7,422 nucleotides of DNA from Geosiphon pyriformis uo1 (GCA_016748015.1 JAAOMT010000030.1:1-7422); one strand, 5' to 3'. Numbered from the stretch's first letter, positions 1 through 7,422 are shown. Program-made: numbers and translations. The notes: a model not told the origin generated them from the letters alone.

Positions 1-2
1 AA

Positions 3-1216
3 CCAACCAGAGTAATTACAGAACCAGAAAAAGAGACAATATTGTTCAACATGCACTCAGATCCAACAGCAGGACATTTTCATAAAGAAGCAACCATAGA
101 AAAAACTAAAAAAAGATACTATTGGCCATCAATGTATCCAGACATTATCTAATATGTTCAGAATTGTGATGCTTGTCAGAGAAGAGGAGAAGCAAAACCA
201 AGTGAGCCATTAAGACTAATCAAAATAGAACAATCATTTAATCACATTGGAATTGACATAGTAAGACCATCAACAATAACCAGTAGAGACAACAGATATA
301 TCGTAGTAGTCATGGACTATCTCACAAAATAGCCAAAAGCAAAAGCCATTCAAAGAGCAGATGCAGAATCCATTGTCAAATTCATCTATCAAAATTTGAT
401 CTGTCAACATAGATGTCCAAAAAAATTATTATCTGATTAAGAAACTCACTTTGTGAATAGAATATTAGCAGAATTAAGCCAAAGATTTGGAATTAAAAGA
501 CCATTATCATTGTTATACCATCCACAAACAAATGGATTAATTGAAAGATTCAATAGAACATTGTGTGAAGCAATTGCCAAAATCAGCCAAAAAAATTAAG
601 ATGAATGAGATTTGTTTATACCATCAATATTATTTGTTTATTGAACAATGAAACAAGATACTATACAAGCAACATCATTTGAATTAGTATATAGTAGAAC
701 AGCAACATTACCAGTTGAAATAAAAGTACAAACATATTCAACAGAACCAATAACAGAAGAAAATTTCCAAAGAACATTGTTGAGAAAAACATATAACTTA
801 ATAGAAACACTAGGAAACAAACAGCAACAAGCAGCTGATAACATCCAAAAGTCACAAGAGAAACAAAAAAAAGACATAATAACTGACTACTAGATAAACC
901 AGTTAAATTCAAGATTGGAGACAAAGTATTTCTACATCATACTAAAACAGAAAAACAATGGAGTAGAAAATTTGATTCCAAATGAGATAAACTATTTTAC
1001 ATAGAAAAAATTCTTGAAAATAGAGCTTATAAATTAAAGTTAAACAACAAAATCTTAACCAAAGCAGCATATGGTGATTAACTGAAACCATATCACTATA
1101 CAGTATTATCATCTACCAGTAATATTCCACAATTAAGAGTATAGAGAATACTAATTCAACCAAATGAGATTCTACAAGACTTGGAACCAATTATAATCAT
1201 TGGACCAGACATATAA
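3..1216 (+). pseudogene. pol: Ty3/Gypsy pol C-terminus: integrase pseudogene (zinc finger, rve catalytic core, GPY/F region), 5'-truncated by the window edge
   Basis: The frame from position 3 reads MHSDPTAGHF...RYYWPSMYPDII*YVQNCDACQR, giving H54-x6-H75-x29-C165-x2-C174. Catalytic D255 (IGIDIV), D435 (LLSD*ETHF) and E543 (YHPQTNGLIERFNRTL) show D-x35-E spacing. After a -1 shift in the A-run 865-872 it reads KFKIGDKV...K*DKLFY...AYKL...GD*LKPY...DLEPIIII. Premature stops at 150, 330, 438, 597, 606, 642, 884, 983, 1079 and 1142. ORF 648..893 is a fragment of it. The 3' end (stop 1214-1216) is less certain. Confidence 0.95.
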
Positions 1217-1774
1217 AATTGAACAAATAAAAAGAGTATATAAAGACATGATAGACACGATGAAAGACTTTAGAAAAATGGAAATTACTGACAACATTTA
1301 TTCACTAGCACAACAATTCTTCCAACTAATTCAACAAAAGAATATGGAAATTACTATTAATCAACAAACCATTCAATACCAAAATACCAGAAAAATACCC
1401 AAATACAAAAGTCAAAAGAAAACAGAAAACACTATTGATAAAATGGTTCTGAAAATAAAATTAGCAATAGAAGAACTAACAAGAGTCACTACATATTAAG
1501 AGTTGACCAAAAAAACTTGGAAATAGTGGACACACGAATTTCCAAAAAACTTTTGTTATTTCCACTTAGGATAACACTTGAATATTCAGAACTTATACAT
1601 TGTTACCAGAGGTTTTTAGTCTCTTTTCTTAAATGTTGTTGATGCCTGCTTGCTGTGAATTCACGTTTTCTGGATGTGGTTGAACCTTCAGTAACTGAAT
1701 CTATTTTCAAATTATCTTCTATAATTTGAACTGCTGGATTTATGAGTGGAATGGCCAATTCCATGCCAGTTACT

Positions 1775-1884
1775 TGTGTAGTTACGTTGTAGTAAATGTC
1801 AACTCTTTCCCAGGAATTGCTCATCTAAAAGCTCACTAAAAATGTGTAGTTACTTTGCTGTGAAGTCAACTCTTCTACAGGAAT
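1775..1884. repeat. Diverged ~43-bp direct repeat, two copies 68 bp apart, inside the solo LTR
   Basis: TGTGTAGTTACGTTGTAGTAAATGTCAACTCTTTCCCAGGAAT (1775-1817) vs TGTGTAGTTACTTTGCTGTGAAGTCAACTCTTCTACAGGAAT (1843-1884). Confidence 0.85.
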
Positions 1885-2184
1885 CTTGTCTGTAGCCTAT
1901 CCTAATGATTATAATAAGAAAATAAAAAAAAATAAAAGAAATGTAAAAAAAATTAAATTCTGGCAAGGGAAACGTTTTCTATCTAGGCCTGGAGTCACTA
2001 ACAGTTTATTGAAATTGGTAGCTAATTAATTTCAAAACGTTAGTTGTGTTGAGAGAATTTCAAGTATAATAATTTAAGAATTTGGTTTTCAATATTTGAT
2101 TTTTATTTGATTTTGTAAAAAATAATTTGTTTCAATTAAGATATCTAAAGGTAAGGATATATTTTCTCAAAGAGAGAAGCTCTT

Positions 2185-2192
2185 CTTTTATA
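2185..2192 (-). promoter_or_regulatory. Putative TATA box of the solo LTR
   Basis: The reverse complement reads TATAAAAG. It lies downstream (minus strand) of U3-like short repeats and about 80 nt upstream of an AATAAA. Confidence 0.55.
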
Positions 2193-2263
2193 CAACTTGT
2201 TATAGTACTAGTCTGTGAACTTGAACTATTTTCTTTACTATGATTTCAACAAATTAAAGGTAC

Positions 2264-2356
2264 ATTTTGGCGAACTTACAAGTTATTTCTACAAACTATT
2301 GAATATTTTGGTGAACTATTAATTATTTTGGCAAATTTCTACAAATTTTGGCAAAC
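2264..2356. repeat. Four copies of a 12-bp U3-like motif (consensus ATTTTGGCGAAC) in the solo LTR
   Basis: ATTTTGGCGAAC 2264-2275, ATTTTGGTGAAC 2305-2316, ATTTTGGCAAAT 2325-2336, ATTTTGGCAAAC 2345-2356, on a roughly 20-bp register. Confidence 0.85.
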
Positions 2357-2877
2357 TTTTGAATATTAAATAGTTCGGGGTATTGTGTAATTTGATCATT
2401 CTAATTTCTATAGTACAAATTGGATTATTAATTGATTGGTAATATTTGATAATTTGATAAATAATAAGTAATAATTTGAATGATAATATGCTAATTTAAT
2501 AGTAAAAATTATAAGGATAATATTATGTTAATTAATATTTCAAGTTTTGGTTGGTAACAACATAGATAAAACAAAACAATTATTTGACACCACAATACTG
2601 CAACAATTAGAACAATTTGTGGGAAAGAACAATTTGATTACACAAATAAGAGCCATCTATTGGCTACATATAGGATTCTAAGACAGACTGGAAATTTTAC
2701 TTAATCCAGAAATAAACTCCATTACAGTTAACCAAATAGGTAAAATAACTAACACTTAATTTGAAGAATTACAGAACAAGATAACTCAAGTAATTTTCAA
2801 AAAAAAAGTTCAAGAAATACTAAAAGATAGAGAATTAAAGTTAGAAGATTTGGAAGATCTTGACAGAACTCAATATT

Positions 2878-2889
2878 AAAAGAAGAAGA
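2878..2889 (+). other. Polypurine tract of element A
   Basis: AAAAGAAGAAGA lies 3 nt before TGTTA (2893) and overlaps the ORF3 stop codon. Confidence 0.7.
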
Positions 2890-2892
2890 TAA

Positions 2893-3695
2893 TGTTATTC
2901 ATTGAATATAAGAAGCATATTAGTATATAAATTAGCCAATTAGAAGTAGCTATAGTAAATATGGAATTCCAGAATTTCTCTTAAGAGAAATTGCAAGATT
3001 CCAGGAATTTCAGAATTTTCATATAAGGAATTGCAAGATTCCAAAATTCCTGGTATAAAGAATTAAGAAATTAAGGAATCTTAATTATATATATATAGCA
3101 GTAGTGTTAGAAGTAGAAAAGACAGACCTCCCAGTTTAAATTTAATCTAAGCAACCTTTCACATCACAAATATCAATAAATAATTATTCCATATCTCAAA
3201 TTTACTCTCTATTATCAACATTTCATGTTAATAGTAATTGATACTTAACTACACTGGAACAATAGCTCTTAATTACAGCTATTGACAAGATATTAACTAT
3301 TATTGTCTTGACTTATTTTTTATTTTCTTTTATTTTATTTTCTTTTGTTATTTCTTTTGTTTATTAACTTAATTAAAAGGATTTATGTGCAAAGATACTA
3401 ACATTAGGATATAGTACTGGTAAAAGACCCAAAAATAAGAGTAGACACTTGGAATTGAGAATATCTTACTAGGAAGATTACCAGCCATCATGCTGAGAAA
3501 AAAATTGACAAAACTGCAGTTTCAGAAAGCTACGGATAAAACAATCAATTAAATCTCTGTTTATTATACAAAGAACTTAACAAACAAAATTTTTAGATAC
3601 AAATAGCCTTTAGATATTACCACTCAAATCAGCTTCTAAGCACTAATTTATGGGTTTGTTATTTGATTGGAGACCCTAAATAATCATCTGTAACA
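2893..3695 (+). repeat. 3' LTR of element A (about 803 bp)
   Basis: Starts TGTTA right after the PPT. The candidate end TAACA (3691-3695) gives a TGTTA...TAACA inverted pair. Internal order: tandem repeats (2963-3050), (TA)6 TATA-like run (3086-3097), AATAAA (3175-3180), T-rich tract (~3311-3363). The partner LTR is not in the window, so the right end is unconfirmed. Confidence 0.65.
2963..3050. repeat. ~40-bp tandem repeat in the U3 region of the element A LTR
   Basis: AATTGCAAGATTCCA at 2989-3003 and 3029-3043; GGAATTCCAGAATTTCTC (2963-2980) vs GGAATTTCAGAATTTTC (3004-3020). Confidence 0.8.
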
Positions 3696-4421
3696 ACATC
3701 AAAATAATTTATCAATTATATACTATTGTTATGATTAAAACTCATATTTTTTATTAGTTATTATATATATTAGCCACTAATGTCATATAATTAACTACCT
3801 TATTTTTAGATAGTAATTATTGACTTAATTATTGACTATTTTTGATAGCTATATAAGCAATGAATCTTTTAGCTGTAGAAAAGCATATAAAAATCAAAGA
3901 GAGAAAAAAAATAAAATAACAATTTTATCTTAATTTTTTTCTTTTTACTAATTTCTCTTTTTTTACCTTCAAGTATCTGAACATCTTAGAATAAAAGATT
4001 ACTTGTTGACATTTATCTACCCTTTTCCTGACTCATATAATTGTAGCATTTGAAAATTATTGAATAAAACATAACTAAAGAATACATCTAATACCTAATA
4101 TTGAATTCTAAAAGCATTGACATAAGGCATAAAATTATACCAGTGTGTGATTATTTGTTGACAGTATGAACTATTCTTCTATTTTCAGATTCTCTGGTTA
4201 TTTTTTGAAAAGTATAGTGATTGAGATATTTTATGAGACTGATTTTACACATTAAATCTATACTTATTCAATTCACTCTTTGAAGTTGAATTCTCTTTGA
4301 TTTTTTTTTATCATCTTATAATTCTGTTCTTCCTTGCTATCTATTAGCTTGTTATTCCAATTTATAATGTAAAAGTAGTGCTTTTTGTGAAATTGTCAAT
4401 ATTCATTTTGTTTTTTATTGT
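3696..4421 (+). promoter_or_regulatory. LTR-like / 5' leader region upstream of element B gag
   Basis: Perfect 12-bp tandem TAATTATTGACT x2 (3814-3837), TATATAA (3850-3856), AATAAA (3910-3915) and a T-rich tract follow the same order as in the other two LTRs. Termini and PBS were not identified. Confidence 0.4.
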
Positions 4422-5953
4422 ATGGGTGATTATTTATATCTGTCACAATAATTAGAAGAACACTTTGAAGCACACAACAAAAACAATCTAGATTTTATTA
4501 AACTTAATTATTTGCCCTTCTGCTTGATTTGTTTTCTTATTGAAAAACAATCCAGCAGACAATTCTAAGACTTTTGAAACTGGTTCCTAAACAAGCATTC
4601 AGCTAAATCTATATAGTTTATACAACTTATTACTTTTATTAAGCTTATTTTGAAGACAACTTTGAAGAAAGAAACAACAGTATCAATTAGCTTTTATATT
4701 CTACAATTTTTGAACAACAGTCCCCTAATTTTGAATACCTAAATCACCAAATTCACATTTGGATTGCTGCCCATCAGTTAACTAAAACACCATTTGAAAC
4801 AGAAAAAAAAAGCTATTAAACCATTCTTGTTTTTGATCTCTTTTCAAGTAAATCAGAACATTCCATACAAATAGCTATTCCTAAACCAATAGCTAATGAC
4901 CCTCTGCAACAAAACATTCTGATTGCCTTCCAAGGCATACAAACTGTTTTAAGGCAAAAAAATAATATCTCACTAATTTTATTTAAAAACAATGTACAAG
5001 ATCCAATTAAATAATTGGATGACTTTAAAAAAGCTGTCACAGCCAACCAATATGATAATAAATACAAGTTTCAAATTATTGGTGGCTACCTCTAAGACTC
5101 TCTTGCTACTTGGTTTTCACAAAAAATCAATGCTGATGCTTATTAAAAAATCATTAAATGAACATTAACAAATATTGAAGAAGAAAACACTTCTTTCACA
5201 ATCTGGTTTGAAACTAAATTTAGAGCTCCTATTTTAATCTCAAAATGGCATATGGAATTAGAAAGAAAAACTCAAGACCTTGGTAAAGTTGTGACTAAAT
5301 ATGCCAAAGTCATTAGAAAACTAATCAAATGAGTAGACTCTGGAAGAAACTGAACAGAAAAACAAAAAATTCACTCCTTTATAAAAAGATTGAGAACTGA
5401 TCTCTTATATGCTCTTTGGCCTCTTCTGGCCCTAAAAGACAATCTCACAATAAACATGATTATTGAACTTGCCCAACGAATTGAAGACAACCAAAGGATG
5501 CACTTAGAATCTGCACTACCAGTTTTTGCTCCTGTTTCTCAAATAGCTGTTATTTTTTTCACTGCTCAGACTTTAAATTTCAATAAACAATTAATAGATA
5601 GGCTCACAGTTAATCTTGTGCAGTTATTAGAACTCTTAGCCTAAGCAGTCAAAGAAAATCAGCGACTACAAAGACCCAGATTTGAGCCCCATTTTAATCA
5701 GCCCTAGTAATTTCCTTATTAAAGACAACAAAATTGTGACCCACCTGTGTGCTATTGCTGTGGATTAATTGAACACTTTTCTAGAGATTACAACAATCCT
5801 TCATTACTTTCTCTAGTTCCTAGAAACAATAACAATCAAAACAACAGAACTATTAACAACAATGCCCCTAATCAAAGACCCAATCATGCCAACATCAATT
5901 TCTTTGAAGAGAATTTCTTAGTTAAAGCCACTGTTTATTAGTCTTTAAACTAA
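4422..5953 (+). pseudogene. gag: Retrotransposon Gag pseudogene (capsid-like domain, CCHC zinc knuckle)
   Basis: From ATG 4422 it reads MGDYLYLSQ*LEEHFEAH...; after a -1 shift near 4605-4610 one frame gives FKNNVQDPIK*LDDFKKAVTANQY...GGYL*DSLATWF...LERKTQDLGKVVTKYAKVIRKLIK...KIHSFIKRLRTDL...IELAQRIE, typical of Ty3/Gypsy capsid regions. CYCCGLIEHFSRDY (5750-5791) is CX2CX4HX4C with the last Cys changed TGC>TAC. ORFs 5390..5644 and 5747..5941 are fragments. The start codon assignment is tentative. Confidence 0.9.
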
Positions 5954-5982
5954 TAAGTGCACCTCCAAAGAGTAAGAGTGCA
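5944..5982 (+). promoter_or_regulatory. Putative -1 programmed ribosomal frameshift signal at the gag/pol junction
   Basis: T TTA AAC (5944-5950) is phased as X XXY YYZ in the gag frame and is followed directly by TAA TAA. After a 7-nt spacer there is a stem, TGCAC/GTGCA (5958-5962/5978-5982) plus CTC/GAG. The -1 frame is the protease frame. Confidence 0.75.
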
Positions 5983-7422
5983 AGCCAACCAGAAGAAAAC
6001 TTCTTTTACACTTTTAATCTAACTGATGATAACTATAACATAGATAAACTAGCAATTAACACCTTTAAATCAACAAAAAAGAAAAAAAAAGCCAAGGTTG
6101 ATTTCGTTCTGAACCCAAACAAAGCATCCATATCAACTGCTAATAACAATAAACTACCAAAAGCTAAAGTTTTTAAGAATTTTTTAAAGTTAAAATTTTC
6201 AGAAATTGTACAAAAATCTGGTCCCTATTCTGTTGTCAAAGACCTTATGAAAACTCCAGCTCATATCACTTTTGGCCAATTGATAATCCATCCACAGTTC
6301 AGAAAAGATCTTCACAAATTATTGATTCTAAAGAAGAAAACACCAAAAACCAACAAGTGTCTTCACTAAGCTGAATTTGCTGACAACAGCAATATTATTC
6401 CCCTTATTTGCAAAACCCAAGTGGCTGGTTATTTTATTGTCTTGATCCTAAACAGTGAATTATCTGTTAGTGTAATTGTCAAACACTTTCTGGAAGCCAT
6501 TAGAAAAAAGATTGATGAACCTTCTATCTGGCTTATGACCAATGTACATGGTAACAAGAAGAAAGGCCTGGACATAGCCAAAGCTGTTTCTGTTTGCATC
6601 AATAGCATTAGCATTGAAACTAACATAGAAGTATCTGAAGCAAAAGAGTATACTATCATTGTTAGTAATAAGTGGCTCAAGAAAGCCAAAGCACTACTTG
6701 ACTATAAACTTTGTGAGCTAACCATCAAATGTGATGAGAAACCCATTATGGTTAAGTGCTATTATTGGACAACTCCTTTAATAATCAAACAAACCAAGAA
6801 GAAAAACAATTAAATGAATCAAATAATGATAAGAACAATGAAGAAAAAGATTAAAAAGAACAAAAAAAAACTACTGAATTCGTTTATACTATTTTCATCA
6901 GCAATAACAAGTCACTGGATAATGTTAAAGCTAACAAAGAAAGAATCATGATAAATGGCAAGCTAATCTGCTGGCTCTATTATGATATCTTCAGAAAAAT
7001 CTTTGATAAAAAACCTAGCAAGAAAGCCAAATATAGCTATTAATAACATAGTTCTTGTGTTAGGTGCTGGTGCAATAAATTTTTATATTTTTCTAATAAT
7101 GAATGCAAGTCTTGCTTAATCTATAACAAAGATTGGGAGCCAATTAGTTTGATACCCAAAAAAAAACTAAAAGAAGTACAAAAATTCTTTGAGAATGAAC
7201 CACCTGAAATCTAATTACTAGTTATAGAACAAAAAAACCTTTTCCTAAAGAAAAAAAAGTGAACATTGAAAATCTGTTGGCTAAAAATAGCCCAATTATC
7301 TCAAAAAAAAATGATATCCTTGAATGAACCCATGTGATACAACACACTATTACCAACAAAAAAACTTGCACTATTTATTTAAAGTTTTATTAATCCAATT
7401 AGCACAATAATAAGTTCATTAA
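5950..7422 (+). pseudogene. pol: Pol pseudogene N-terminus: aspartic protease, acidic linker, Cys cluster, start of reverse transcriptase region
   Basis: The frame is open from 5950 to 6366 and includes PYSVVKDLMKTPAHITFGQLI. LILNSELSVSVI (6442-6477) is a decayed LILDSGSS active site (GAC>AAC, GGA>GAA), and TIIVSNKWL matches the IIG-x-x-WL flap-distal motif. After shifts at ~6791 and ~7231 it reads LE*THVIQHTIT...IYLKFY*...KFI, a decayed GRT-H-I-T-P-PYR pre-RT motif. ORF 6421..6813 is the protease fragment. Confidence 0.9.

Larger units (their letters stand above)
1601..2559 (-). mobile_element. Solo LTR (959 bp) inserted in ORF3 of element A
   Basis: Perfect 8-bp terminal inverted repeat TGTTACCA (1601-1608) / TGGTAACA (2552-2559), flanked by a 4-bp direct repeat ACAT (1597-1600 and 2560-2563). 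Composition switches abruptly from A-rich to T-rich. Minus-strand TATAAAAG (2185-2192) is followed by AATAAA (2102-2107). Excision restores the flanking reading frame. Confidence 0.9.
1200..2879 (+). pseudogene. Extra ORF (ORF3) of element A, about 238 codons in two parts (1200-1600 and 2564-2879), function unknown
   Basis: ORF 1200..1499 continues in frame through stops (...VTTY*ELTKKTWK*WTHEFPKNFCYFHLG*HLNIQNLY). After removing 1601-2563 it continues IDKTKQLFDTTILQQLEQFVGKNNLITQIRAIYWLHIGF*DRLEILLNPEINSITVNQIGKITNT*FEELQNKI...DLDRTQY*, ending at the PPT. The five internal stops (1497, 1524, 1572, 2679, 2757) are all TAA/TAG, each one C>T change from a Gln codon. Confidence 0.75.
1..3695 (+). 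mobile_element. Element A: 3' half of a degenerate Ty3/Gypsy LTR retrotransposon (integrase - ORF3 - PPT - 3' LTR), interrupted by a solo LTR
   Basis: Integrase at the 3' end of pol, then an extra ORF, a purine tract (2878-2889) and a TG-starting LTR (2893). The right boundary at ...CTGTAACA (3695) is inferred. Confidence 0.85.
3696..7422 (+). mobile_element. Element B: 5' half of a second degenerate Ty3/Gypsy LTR retrotransposon (leader, gag, protease, RT start)
   Basis: The order gag - CCHC - protease - RT, with no integrase between PR and RT, indicates Ty3/Gypsy. The left boundary is uncertain and the element runs off the right edge. Confidence 0.85.

Noticed and set aside
638-924. Minus-strand ORFs 638..877 and 661..924
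   Set aside because: Antisense shadows of the A-rich integrase frame. Their F/L/V-rich composition is what the reverse complement would give, and they have no motif.
1094-1499. Chromodomain after the integrase, or env as ORF3
   Set aside because: No chromodomain signature (Y-x-V-E-x-I...YLVKW) is visible after LKPY, and ORF3 lacks signal, fusion-peptide or transmembrane hydrophobic stretches.
1601-2559. MITE or non-autonomous DNA transposon
   Set aside because: TG...CA ends, a TIR of only 8 bp, a non-TTAA 4-bp TSD and a directional repeat-TATA-AATAAA layout fit a solo LTR better. Not formally excluded without a full-length parent.
2264-3050. Short spaced repeats as a CRISPR array
   Set aside because: The repeats are 12-15 bp, degenerate, with short non-unique spacers, inside eukaryotic LTRs, and there are no cas genes.
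4816-5067. Minus-strand 83-aa ORF
   Set aside because: Antisense to the clearly recognisable gag capsid region, with no independent evidence.
6429-6689. Minus-strand 86-aa ORF with a signal-peptide-like start
   Set aside because: Lies wholly antisense to the protease domain. The hydrophobicity is a by-product of the A-rich sense strand.
3-7422. Alternative genetic code (TAA/TAG = Gln, TGA = Trp) as the explanation for in-frame stops
   Set aside because: The same stop codons replace different residues (TAG for W at 330, TGA for W at 606 and R at 642, TAA for Q at 438 and W at 5012). Catalytic residues are also mutated and frameshifts are present, so this is decay.
1-7422. Tandem arrangement of one element family sharing a single central LTR
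   Set aside because: The 1.5-kb interval 2893-4421 contains two separate repeat-TATA-AATAAA sets and an LTR-end motif at 3695, which favours two elements. This cannot be fully excluded from this window alone.

Overview
AT-rich, strongly CpG-depleted eukaryotic DNA, probably fungal and resembling Glomeromycotina retroelements (inference). It is a nested cluster of dead Ty3/Gypsy LTR retrotransposons. Element A (+, 1-~3695, 5' part outside the window) supplies an integrase pseudogene (HHCC, D-D35-E, degenerate GPY/F), an extra non-env ORF3 of about 238 codons, a polypurine tract and a 3' LTR starting at 2893. ORF3 is split by a 959-bp solo LTR (1601-2559, minus orientation, TGTTACCA...TGGTAACA termini, ACAT target-site duplication), and its frame is restored when the insert is removed. 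Element B (+, ~3696-7422, continuing past the window) has an LTR-like/5' leader region, a gag pseudogene from ATG 4422 (capsid motifs, CCHC knuckle), and a canonical -1 slippery site (T TTA AAC TAA plus hairpin) at 5944-5982. Its pol pseudogene carries an aspartic protease, an acidic linker, an unusual Cys cluster and the start of RT. All coding regions are disabled by C>T/G>A transitions in many dinucleotide contexts and by single-base losses in A-runs. All translations and counts were done by eye.
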